From Kiloniellales bacterium (GTDB lineage: Bacteria > Pseudomonadota > Alphaproteobacteria > Kiloniellales > JAKSDN01), in assembly GCA_028280455.1 (NCBI GenBank), contig JANQLT010000105.1:4077-68076 (forward strand): a stretch of 64,000 nucleotides of DNA, read 5' to 3'. The notes under the pieces were generated by a model. That model was not told the DNA's origin. It saw only the letters and a program-made list of their open reading frames with translations, and did not search any database. Below, in pieces: positions 29,143 to 37,963 of the stretch (positions are counted from its first letter, which is position 1; the number at the start of each line of letters is the position of its first letter). The position numbers and the translations under genes were made by a program.

Positions 29143-29463
29143 GGACCATTCTCCACGGAGGCCTTTAATTTCACGTTCAGAACTATCTAGACTTTGAGAT
29201 AGTTTCGGGCCATTGGCAGGCAGGCCGCGAATTCAGACGATTCGTGGCCCGGCGCGGTGAAGCCGCGAGAAAGCCCCGGATATCAGTGCAGCGCGCTCAT
29301 TCGATTGAATTTTCTTGGATTGCGGCTATGCTAGATTCGAATTCGGGACGTCTCGCCGCAAACCTGCGCTGGCGCGTCGGGCCTTGGTTAGCGAGGATCC
29401 GCGGTTAGGGCATGACCTCGACGGGGTCCAAGACGGACCGGCACTAGGGGGTAATGGATCGCA

Positions 29464-30354
29464 ATGACTGTGAAGCGAATGCTACTCAGCGCCTGCTTCG
29501 CGTTGGCCTTGCCGGCCGGCGCCCAGGCGGGGCCGTTGGATGGCTTTTTGGTCGGGATCTTCGACACCGATAGCGGCTTCGACTTGGAGACGAGCGGCAT
29601 CGTCTTCATGAATACGCTCAACGACGGCTACAAGAACCTGTCGGATTCGCGGACCAGCTCCTTCGATCTGCACGACGGCGAGCACTTCAACGGCAAGGCG
29701 CGGACCGCCGCCCGGCGCTCCATGGTGCCGATGGACGAGGTGACCGACCGCGACCTGAACGAGACCGACAACGCCGCCCTGTCGCAGGCCTATCTCCGGC
29801 TGCGCCGCGCCTTCATCAAGGGCGCCAAGGAAGTGGCGCCGGTCGACACCGCCTATGCCCAGGTCGCCTACGACTGCTGGATCGAGGCGGCGGAAGCCGG
29901 CCGCGACGAGGACGCCGCGCGCTGCCGGCAGGAGTTCAACGACCGCATGGCCCGGGTCGAGGAGCTGGCCAACTACGGGCTGCGCGAGGCCTCGCTGTTC
30001 CCGGGACCGCCGGAGCCGGCCGAGCCCGAGCGCTACATGGTCTACTTCCAGTTCGACAGCACGGTCATGACGCAGGCCGGGCGCGAGGCGCTGGAGCGGG
30101 CGATCCGCGACGCGCTCGCCGACCCCAACACCTCCGTCAAGCTGGTCGGCCATGCCGACACCTCCGGCCCGCGGGGCTACAACCAGGGCCTCTCCGAGCG
30201 CCGCACGAAGGTCGTGCTGCAGGAGATGGAGGCCGCCGGCATCGACATGTCGCGACTCCAGGGCAGCTCGGTCGGCGAGGGCATGCCGCTGGTGCCGACC
30301 GGCGACAATGTCCGCAACCCCTTCAACCGCGTGGTCGAGGTCGATCTGCTGTAA
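29464..30354 (+). CDS. OmpA-family peptidoglycan-binding protein
   Basis: Signal peptide; VYFQFDS, VGHADTSG..GYNQGLSERR, NRVVEV. Confidence 0.88.
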   Translation: MTVKRMLLSACFALALPAGAQAGPLDGFLVGIFDTDSGFDLETSGIVFMNTLNDGYKNLSDSRTSSFDLHDGEHFNGKARTAARRSMVPMDEVTDRDLNETDNAALSQAYLRLRRAFIKGAKEVAPVDTAYAQVAYDCWIEAAEAGRDEDAARCRQEFNDRMARVEELANYGLREASLFPGPPEPAEPERYMVYFQFDSTVMTQAGREALERAIRDALADPNTSVKLVGHADTSGPRGYNQGLSERRTKVVLQEMEAAGIDMSRLQGSSVGEGMPLVPTGDNVRNPFNRVVEVDLL

Positions 30355-30385
30355 GCTGATCGATCGGCCGGCGCGCCGCGAACAG

Positions 30386-30420
30386 AAAAGCCCCTTCGGC
30401 CGCTGCCGGAGGGGCTTTTT
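30386..30420. terminator. Bidirectional-type intrinsic terminator after ompA-like gene
   Basis: AAAAGCCCCTTCGGC-loop-GCCGGAGGGGCTTTTT. Confidence 0.8.
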
Positions 30421-30460
30421 CGTTGCGCTGCGATAGCGGTGCCGCGCGCGCTGCCGAAGG

Positions 30461-30640
30461 GAAGCGAACCGCTCCCTCACCCGGCTCCGGCTAAGCTCAG
30501 CCTTCGGCTTCGCCAAGCCTAGCCGGAGCCGGGTGAGGGGGCGGTTCGCTTCGATGTCGACGGCGACGGCCATCGGCGGCGATCGCCGGAGCGTCACCGG
30601 ACGAGCCGACCGGTGACGAGTCCGCCCAAGCAGGGAACGC
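30461..30640. repeat. Palindromic interspersed element, copy 2 (92-bp hairpin plus 88-nt tail)
   Basis: GAAGCGAACCGCTCCCTCACCCGGCTCCGGCTA...TAGCCGGAGCCGGGTGAGGGGGCGGTTCGCTTC then GATGTCGACGGCGAC...CAAGCAGGGAACGC. Confidence 0.85.
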
Positions 30641-30641
30641 T

Positions 30642-31973
30642 TCAGCGTTCCCGCAGGGCGCGGTCGCGGGCCTTGAGGATCGGCTTGAGCAGGTAGTCGA
30701 GCACCGACTTCTCGCCGGTCAGGATCTCCACGGTCGCGGTCATGCCGGGGATGATCGGCAGATCCTTCTCGGCATGGACCAGGGTGTTGCGGTCCGTGCG
30801 CAGATAGACGTGGTAGAAGCTCTCGCCCTGCTCGTCCTTGATGGTGTCGGCGCTGATGTTCTCCAGCGTCGCCTTGAGCCCGCCGTAGATCGAGAAGTCG
30901 TAGGCCGTGACCTTGATGGTCGACTGCTGGCCGGGGCTCAGGAAGGCGATGTCGGCCGGCCGGATGCGCGCCTCGACGAGCAAGGTGTCGTCGAGCGGCA
31001 CGATCTCGAGGATGTCCTCGGCCGGCCGGATCACGCCGCCGACGGTGTTGTGCATGATCTGCTTCACCGTGCCACGCACCGGCGAGCGCACCTCGGTGCG
31101 GGTCACCGTGTCCTCGCCGGCGAAGAGCGCCTCGGTGACCGACTGCAGCTCGGTCTTGGCCTGGCCCAGCTCGTCGGAGATCTGCGCCCGGTTGGTCGCG
31201 CGCAGCTCCTTGACCCGCTGCTGAGCCTCCTTGGCGCCCTGCTGCAGGCGCGGCACCGAGATCCGCACGGTCTTGATCTGGCCCTCGAGGTCGGCGATCT
31301 CCCGCTCGACGCGCAGCAGGTCGACCTTGGGCATCAGGTTGCGGGCGACCATCGGCTGGGTGATGGCCAGCTCCTCGCGCGCCAGGGCGAGGCTGCGCTG
31401 GAGCTGATCGAGGCGGCTGCGCGCCTCCTGGATCTCCTGGGCCCTTTGGCTCGCCTGGGTCTCGAGCACGGCGACCTGGGCGTCGAGCTGCGCCTTGCGG
31501 TTCTCGTAGAGCAGCGACTCCGAGGCCGCCGCCTGCGGTGCTTCCTCCAGCACGTCGTTGGGGAAGCTCAGCTCTTCGCCGTCGAGCTCCGACTCGAAGC
31601 GGGCGATCTTCGCCAGCAGGCTCAGGTAGCGCGAGCGCATGTCGCGGAAGTCGGCCTGGGCGGAGGTGTTGTCGATGCGGATCAGGATGTCGCCCTGCTC
31701 GACGATGTTGCCCTCGCGCACCAGGATGTCGGCCAGGATGCCACCCTCCAGGTTTTGGATCACCTGGGTCTTGCTCGAGGGGATGATCGTCGCCTCGCCG
31801 CGGGTCACCTCGTCGAGCACGGCGTAGTGGGCCCAGACCAGGAAGCAGATGAAGAACAGCACGCTCATGATGGTGAGCATGTAGGCGAAGCGGTGGCCGC
31901 GCCGCCGGGTGGCGGCCTCGACCTCGGGCATGTAGTCGAGGTCGTCGGCGTCGTAGAGCTTGCCGAGGCTCAT
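30642..31973 (-). CDS. HlyD-family type I secretion periplasmic adaptor (LapC-like)
   Basis: LDEVTRG, QVIQNLEGGI, RSPVRGTV, VTAYDFSIYG, PGMTATVEILTGEKSVLDYLLKP. Confidence 0.92.
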   Translation of the reverse strand: MSLGKLYDADDLDYMPEVEAATRRRGHRFAYMLTIMSVLFFICFLVWAHYAVLDEVTRGEATIIPSSKTQVIQNLEGGILADILVREGNIVEQGDILIRIDNTSAQADFRDMRSRYLSLLAKIARFESELDGEELSFPNDVLEEAPQAAASESLLYENRKAQLDAQVAVLETQASQRAQEIQEARSRLDQLQRSLALAREELAITQPMVARNLMPKVDLLRVEREIADLEGQIKTVRISVPRLQQGAKEAQQRVKELRATNRAQISDELGQAKTELQSVTEALFAGEDTVTRTEVRSPVRGTVKQIMHNTVGGVIRPAEDILEIVPLDDTLLVEARIRPADIAFLSPGQQSTIKVTAYDFSIYGGLKATLENISADTIKDEQGESFYHVYLRTDRNTLVHAEKDLPIIPGMTATVEILTGEKSVLDYLLKPILKARDRALRER

Positions 31974-34462
31974 GCCTGCTCGCCCTGCTTGGCCGGTGCT
32001 TTGGGCGCGCTGCCGCTGCGCACCTGGCCGGACTTCAGCGCCTTGAGGACCTGGTCCTTGGGCCCGTCGGCGACGATGCGGCCGTGGTCGATGACCACCA
32101 GCCGGTCGACGAGGGACAGCAGCGAGCCGCGGTGGGTGACCAGGATCAGGGTCTTGCCCTCGAGGATCTTCTCGAGCCGGCTCTTGAACTGGCCCTCGGT
32201 GGCGTTGTCCATCGAGGAGGTCGGCTCGTCGAGCATCAGGACCGGCGGGTCGTGCAGCAGCGCCCGGGCGATGACGATCGACTGGCGCTGGCCGCCGGAC
32301 AGCGCCATGCCGCGCTCGCCGACCGGCAGGTCGAAGCCCATGGGATGGGACTGCAGGAACTCGGTCACCCCGGCCAGGTCGGCGGCCCGCCGGACCGTCG
32401 CCTCGTCGAGATGGGGCGCGCCGAAGGCGATGTTGTCGCGCACCGAGCCGAAGAAGAGATAGTTGTCCTGGCTGACGTAGCCGATGTTGCGGCGCAGGTC
32501 CGCCGGATCGATCTGCCGCAGGTCGGTGCCGTCCATCAGCACCGCGCCCTCGGCGGGCTCGTAGAGGCCGAGCAGGAGGCGGGCGATGGTGCTCTTGCCG
32601 GAGCCGATGCGGCCGAGGATGCCGACCCGCTCGCCGGGCTCGACCGTGAAGCTGATGCCGGCCAGCGCCTTGTCCTCCTGACCGGGATAGGCGAAGGCGA
32701 CGTTGTGCAGCTCGATCTGGCCGCTGAGGCGTGGGCGGTGCAGGAAGCTCTTGCCCGGCTCGCGCTCGACCGGCGTCTTCATCAAGGAGTCGAGCGCCTT
32801 GAGGGCGACCCGCGACTGCTGCAGGCGTGTCAGCATGGTGGCGACGGCGCCGAGCGGCTGCAGGGCGCGCCCGGTCAGGATGGTCGCGGCGATCAGCGCG
32901 CCCATGGTGATCTCCGCCAGAGCGATCTTGTGGACGCCGTAGACCACGACCGCCACGGTGGTGAGCTGGATCGCCACCTGGGTCAGGGTCGTCGCCAGGC
33001 CGGAAAGCCACTGCGCCTTGGCGGCCGAGCGCGCGGTCATGCCGACGAAGCGCTCCCAGGCCCGCTGCACCCGGCCCTCGGCCGAGATCGCCTTGATGGT
33101 CTCGACCCCCTCGATGGCCTCGAACAGCAGGGCATGCTTCTGGCTCTGCTCGCGGTGGGTCTTCTCGATGACGTTGCGCAGCGGATACTGCAGGATCGCG
33201 CCGACCAGGATCACCAGGGGCACCACGGCCAGCGGGATCAGCGCCACGTCGCCGGCGACCAGCCAGATCACGCCGATGAAGAGGAACACGAAGGGCAGGT
33301 CGACGAAGGCGACCAAGGTGCCCGAGGTGAAGAAGTCGCGCAGCGATTCGAAGTCGCGCAGATTGTTGGCCAGCGCCCCCGTCGAGGGCGGCTTCTTGTC
33401 GAGCCGCATGGCCATGACCTGCTCGAGCAGGCGGCTGGCGATGATCACGTCGGCGTTCTTGCCGGCGGTGTCGACGAAGTAGGTGCGCATGTTGCGCATC
33501 ACGAACTCGAAGACGAAGACGATGCCGACGCCGAGCGCGAGCACCCAGAGCGTCTCCAGCGCGTTGTTCGGCACCACCCGGTCGTAGACGTTCATGATGA
33601 ACAGCGGGCTGGCGATCGCGAACATGTTGATCAGGATCGAGGCCAGCGCGACGTGGTTGTAGATCGGCCAGAACTTGCGGATCGTGCCCCAGAACCAGGC
33701 CTTGGGATCTGCCAGGCGGATCTCCGAGGAGCGGGCGTCGAACTTGTAGTCGGCCCGCAGGAAGATGGCGTAGCCGCTGTAGTCGCTCTGCAGCTCGGCG
33801 ATGTCGCAGCGCTTGGCGCCGCCGCCTTCCGGCATGACGATCTCGGCCGAGCTGTTGTCCGGGTAGCTGACCAGGACGCAGGCGTTGCCGCCCTTGAGCA
33901 GCAGGATGCAGGGCAGGGTCAGCGGCAGGATGTCGGTGATCTTCTTGCGGGCCACCAGCTTGGCGCCCAGGCCGGCGCGGCCGGCGGCCTGGATCGCCAG
34001 CTCCGGCGTGAAGCGCGCGCCGCCGTGGGGCAGGCCGGCCTTGAGGGCCTGCTCCGAGATCGGCTTCTGGATCATGGTCGCGACCAGCGACAGGCAGGAG
34101 ACCAGCGGGTCCTCGAAATCGACCGCCGCCGGGGAGATCTTCCAGCTCTGGGCCTCGCTCTCGCCGCCAGGCGTCGCCTTGAGGGCCTCGGTGATGGCCT
34201 TGGCCGCCGCGGCGGTCACGCTTTCCGCGGGCTGGGGCTCGGTCTCGGGGGCGGCCGGCGGCTCGGCACCCGGCTCAACCCCGGCTTCCACGCTCTCGAG
34301 GCGGCGCAGGGGCTCGGGCTGGCCGGCGGGCTCGCCGGCGGCGGCCTCGGGCGCGGCGCCGTCGGACATGCCGCCGTCGGGCATGCCCGCGTCGGGCGTC
34401 GCCTCGTCGAGCGTGCTGTCGGGCTCCGGCTCTTGCCGTGTCGCCTGCGTGCCGTCCGCCAT
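31970..34462 (-). CDS. Type I secretion permease/ATPase (LapB-like, C39-like N-terminal domain)
   Basis: PLFIMNVYDRVVPN, GRIGSGKST, LSGGQRQ, LDEPTSSMD; acidic N-terminal extension. Confidence 0.93.
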   Translation of the reverse strand: MADGTQATRQEPEPDSTLDEATPDAGMPDGGMSDGAAPEAAAGEPAGQPEPLRRLESVEAGVEPGAEPPAAPETEPQPAESVTAAAAKAITEALKATPGGESEAQSWKISPAAVDFEDPLVSCLSLVATMIQKPISEQALKAGLPHGGARFTPELAIQAAGRAGLGAKLVARKKITDILPLTLPCILLLKGGNACVLVSYPDNSSAEIVMPEGGGAKRCDIAELQSDYSGYAIFLRADYKFDARSSEIRLADPKAWFWGTIRKFWPIYNHVALASILINMFAIASPLFIMNVYDRVVPNNALETLWVLALGVGIVFVFEFVMRNMRTYFVDTAGKNADVIIASRLLEQVMAMRLDKKPPSTGALANNLRDFESLRDFFTSGTLVAFVDLPFVFLFIGVIWLVAGDVALIPLAVVPLVILVGAILQYPLRNVIEKTHREQSQKHALLFEAIEGVETIKAISAEGRVQRAWERFVGMTARSAAKAQWLSGLATTLTQVAIQLTTVAVVVYGVHKIALAEITMGALIAATILTGRALQPLGAVATMLTRLQQSRVALKALDSLMKTPVEREPGKSFLHRPRLSGQIELHNVAFAYPGQEDKALAGISFTVEPGERVGILGRIGSGKSTIARLLLGLYEPAEGAVLMDGTDLRQIDPADLRRNIGYVSQDNYLFFGSVRDNIAFGAPHLDEATVRRAADLAGVTEFLQSHPMGFDLPVGERGMALSGGQRQSIVIARALLHDPPVLMLDEPTSSMDNATEGQFKSRLEKILEGKTLILVTHRGSLLSLVDRLVVIDHGRIVADGPKDQVLKALKSGQVRSGSAPKAPAKQGEQA

Positions 34463-34849
34463 GGGCCTCCTGCATCCCTTGCCCGCTTGGGGGTCGAATT
34501 CTTGAGGTCTAGGCCGTCCGCTCGCCGATTTGCCGAAGGGGGCAGGGCGGTAGGCGCCCGCGATCCCGGCTCGGCCCGGTGGTCCGCTGGGCTTAACCTA
34601 AACTACTTCGCAAAATCTTAACAGGTTCGGCTACTTGGCCGGATTCCTTGGCTTGCGGCTCCAGATGGAGATCGCGGCGCCGGCCGGCAAATCAAGTGAC
34701 GGCGATCACCTCGGCCGGCCTCGCCGCGCCGCTCGTCGGGTCGGCGCCCTTCACAAATGATTATGACTTTTGGCAGAGGATCGGTCTCGCGGGTCAGGCA
34801 GACCCGCGCCCGAAGCCTGTGGTTCGGGCCTCTCTACAGGTAGTAGAGC

Positions 34850-37300
34850 ATGTCACTGGCTGTGCTCCACAATGCGGCGGCGAACGTTGCCAGTCGCTTT
34901 CTGACGGCGAACGACGCCGCGGTCTCCCGCACGGTCGCCAAGCTGTCGGCGGGCCAGCGCGTCCTGGCCGCCCGTGACGACGCCGCCTCCCTCGCCATCG
35001 GATCCCGCCTCCGGGCCGAGGTCGCCTCCCTGGCGCAGGCCTCGATCAACGCCGGCCAGGCCGCCTCGATGCTGCAGGTGGCGGACGGCGCGACGGCGCA
35101 GATCGACGCCGCCATCGTCCGCATGAAGGCCCTGGCGGTGCAGGCCTCCTCGGGGCAGGTCGGCTCTGTCGAGCGGGCCATGCTGGACACCGAGTTCCAG
35201 GCCCTGAAGGCGGAGCTCGACCGCATCGCCAAGGTCACCAACTTCAACGGCCGCAGCCTGCTCGAGGGCGACGTCGAGGACGGCGTGGTCTACACCCTGC
35301 GCAGCAAGACGAGCAGCGGCGTGCTGTTCCTGAACGACCGGGCGCTCGGCCTCGGCGCCCAGTTCAGCCAGGATGACCTCAACGCCGGCCGGGTGACCTA
35401 CCGGCACGACGGCACGACTGCGACCAGCGAGACCCTGATCGTCTCGCTGTCGGACCGCGACGGCAACGCGATCGGCACGCAGACCGGCGAGGTCGACCGC
35501 CTGCAGTTCGAGACCGACGAGTACCACACCTCCACCGGGCTCGATAACATCAAGGCCTCCGCCGCCTATGCCCGCGGCGCGACCGGTGCCGGAGTCACCC
35601 TGGCCGTGATCGACACCGGCATCGACATCGACCACGCCGATTTCCAGAACAACCTCTCCCTCGCGGCCGACATCGTCGACAACACCGTCGAGGGACTGTC
35701 CTTCAGCTTCGCGGCCAACAGCTTCGTGTCCGGCGGCGGCGGCGAGGTCTCCGCGATCCGGGTCTACGACGTCGCCGAGGGCGTCGACCTCTTCGAGGCG
35801 GGCTACGTACCGACGGTGGACATCACCGGCGCGGCGGCGGCCGCGGCGACGGTCACGCTGTCGCTCGGCGGCACGACCTACAGCGGAGCGATCAACCTGG
35901 TGTCCGGCGGGCCGCTGCAGACTCACCTGGTGACCCTGACCGAGACGAACGGCAGCAAGACCATCGACATCGGGCTCGACACCACCATGTCGGCCGGCGC
36001 CATCACCTCGGCCGGCGCGCAGCTCGTGCAGTTCACGACCGCGACCACCGGCGACGGCAACGACGATACGGTGACCCCGGACCAGGGCCACGGCACCCAT
36101 GTGGCCGGCATCGCCGCGGCCGAGAGGAACGGCATCGGCAGCCACGGCGTCGCTTTCGATTCCCGGATCGTCTCGGTCAACGTCGCCGCGGCGGGCGGCG
36201 GGCTCGACTTCAACGACGTGGCCGACGCGATCGACCTGGCGCGGGCCAACGGCGCGGACGTCATCAACATGAGCCTCGGCACCGCCGGCTTCGGCACGCA
36301 CAGCGCTCTGCAGACCGCCATCCAGCGCGCCGTCGAAGCCGGCATCGTGCTGGTCGCCTCGGCCGGCAACGACGCGCTTTCCGATCCCGGCTTCCCCGCC
36401 AACTTCGCCATCCAGTCGGAGGCCGGCGGCATGCTGGTCGCCGTGGTCGCCACCGACGATGGGGATGCGCTCGCCAGCTTCTCCAACCAGGCCGGCGTGG
36501 TGCAGCAGTTCTCGGTCGCCGCGCCCGGCGTCGGCATCATCTCGACGACGAACGACGGCCAGACCGGCAGCAACAGCGGCACCTCCATGGCGGCGCCCAT
36601 GGTCGCGGGCTCGCTGGCCGTCCTGCGCGAGGCCTTCCCGGAGCTGTCCGGCGAGGAGCTGGTCAGCCTGCTGATGACCAGCGCGACGGACCTCGGCACG
36701 GCCGGCATCGACAGCACCTTCGGCCATGGCCTGATCGACCTGCAGGCGGCGACCAATCCGCTGCTGTCGCTGACCATCAACGTCAACGCGACCACGACCG
36801 TGGCGGGCGCGGTCAACCTGGCGCCGGAGACGACGGCGACGCTCGGCAAGAACGTCTTCGACTATACGACCCCCTTCGAGGGCCGCGTGGCGGTGGCCGA
36901 CCGCGCCTTCACCTACCGGGTCGGCACCGGCTCCGCCGCGGCCGACGACATCTCCGTGGCCATCGGCTCGCTGACCGCCAACAGCCTCGGCCTGGACGAC
37001 CTGACCATCGCCGGCGACGCCGGTGCGGCCGCGGCCAACGAGGCCCTGGACGCCGCGCTGTCGCAGGTCGTCTCGGTGCGCTCGGCCATCGGCGCCTCGC
37101 AGAACCGGCTGGAGGTCGCCATCAACAACCTGACCGTGATCGGCGAGAACACCGAGGCGGCGCGCAGCCAGCTCGTCGATCTCGACGTGGCCAGCGAAGT
37201 CGTCCGCTTCACCAGCCGCAGCCTCCTGGCGCAGGCCAGCATCAGCATGCTGGCCCAGGCCAATCAGCAATCCGAGCTTCTGCTGGAGCTGCTCAACTAG
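34850..37300 (+). CDS. Flagellin with an S8 subtilisin-like peptidase and a cadherin/CSPG-like segment in the hypervariable region
   Basis: Flagellin N-terminus (LSAGQRV..ARDDAASLAI, ELDRIA..TNFNG..LL) and C-terminus (RSAIGASQNRL, DLDVASE, MLAQANQ); central VIDTG / HGTHVAG / SAGND / GTSMAAP. Confidence 0.9.
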   Translation: MSLAVLHNAAANVASRFLTANDAAVSRTVAKLSAGQRVLAARDDAASLAIGSRLRAEVASLAQASINAGQAASMLQVADGATAQIDAAIVRMKALAVQASSGQVGSVERAMLDTEFQALKAELDRIAKVTNFNGRSLLEGDVEDGVVYTLRSKTSSGVLFLNDRALGLGAQFSQDDLNAGRVTYRHDGTTATSETLIVSLSDRDGNAIGTQTGEVDRLQFETDEYHTSTGLDNIKASAAYARGATGAGVTLAVIDTGIDIDHADFQNNLSLAADIVDNTVEGLSFSFAANSFVSGGGGEVSAIRVYDVAEGVDLFEAGYVPTVDITGAAAAAATVTLSLGGTTYSGAINLVSGGPLQTHLVTLTETNGSKTIDIGLDTTMSAGAITSAGAQLVQFTTATTGDGNDDTVTPDQGHGTHVAGIAAAERNGIGSHGVAFDSRIVSVNVAAAGGGLDFNDVADAIDLARANGADVINMSLGTAGFGTHSALQTAIQRAVEAGIVLVASAGNDALSDPGFPANFAIQSEAGGMLVAVVATDDGDALASFSNQAGVVQQFSVAAPGVGIISTTNDGQTGSNSGTSMAAPMVAGSLAVLREAFPELSGEELVSLLMTSATDLGTAGIDSTFGHGLIDLQAATNPLLSLTINVNATTTVAGAVNLAPETTATLGKNVFDYTTPFEGRVAVADRAFTYRVGTGSAAADDISVAIGSLTANSLGLDDLTIAGDAGAAAANEALDAALSQVVSVRSAIGASQNRLEVAINNLTVIGENTEAARSQLVDLDVASEVVRFTSRSLLAQASISMLAQANQQSELLLELLN

Positions 37301-37826
37301 CGCCGCTGGCCAGCGCGATCGATCTCTCGATCATCCGGCAGGCCTCGTCGGCTTCGCCCCAGCGCTTGATCTCGACCCACTTGTCGCTCTCCAGGTCCTT
37401 GTAGTGCTGGAAGAAGTGCGAGATCTGGTCGAGCAGGACCTGGGGCAGGTCGCGGTAGGAGCTGACGTTCTTGTAGTAGGGGTGCAGGGCGTCGACCGGC
37501 ACGGCGAGGAACTTTTCGTCCAACCCGGCCTCGTCTTCCATGATCAGGACGCCGATCGGCCGGGCCCGCACCACGCCGCCCGGCACCACCGCCGAGCGCG
37601 CCGCCACCAGCACGTCGGCCGGGTCGCCGTCGTCCGCCAGGGTGTGCGGGATGAAGCCGTAGTTGCAGGGGTAGCGCATCGCCGTGTGCAGGAAGCGGTC
37701 GACGAACATGGCGCCGGAGTCCTTGTCCATCTCGTACTTCACCGGCTCGCCGTGCAGCGGCACCTCGATCACCACGTTGATGTCCCAGGGCGGGTTCTGC
37801 CCCACCGGCACCTTGGAGAGATCCAC
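37293..37826 (-). CDS. ppa: Inorganic pyrophosphatase
   Basis: PVKYEMDK, VDRFL, YPCNYGFIPHTLADDGDPADVL, HFFQHYKDLE; GTG start. Confidence 0.95.
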   Translation of the reverse strand: MDLSKVPVGQNPPWDINVVIEVPLHGEPVKYEMDKDSGAMFVDRFLHTAMRYPCNYGFIPHTLADDGDPADVLVAARSAVVPGGVVRARPIGVLIMEDEAGLDEKFLAVPVDALHPYYKNVSSYRDLPQVLLDQISHFFQHYKDLESDKWVEIKRWGEADEACRMIERSIALASGAS

Positions 37827-37963
37827 GTCGTTTCGCCTCTTTGCCCCGTGAAGGGCGCAGTGGAGCGCGTTTGACCGGGCTCTGCAACCCAGGGGCCCTT
37901 GTCCGCCGCGCGCGCCGGGGTTAACGCTGGGCGGCATCGAAACCTCGAGGGAAGGCTGACGAG

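Noticed and set aside
25813-30640. CRISPR array or tRNA interpretation of the repeats
   Set aside because: Only two dispersed copies, no spacer periodicity, no cas genes, no cloverleaf
30642-33011. 789-aa ORF suggesting a giant HlyD fusion
   Set aside because: The N-terminal 345 aa are an off-frame read of the ABC gene; HlyD starts at 31973
34590-34625. CtrA or sigma-54 site upstream of the flagellin
   Set aside because: Only isolated TTAAC half-sites with wrong spacing; no convincing GG-N10-GC consensus
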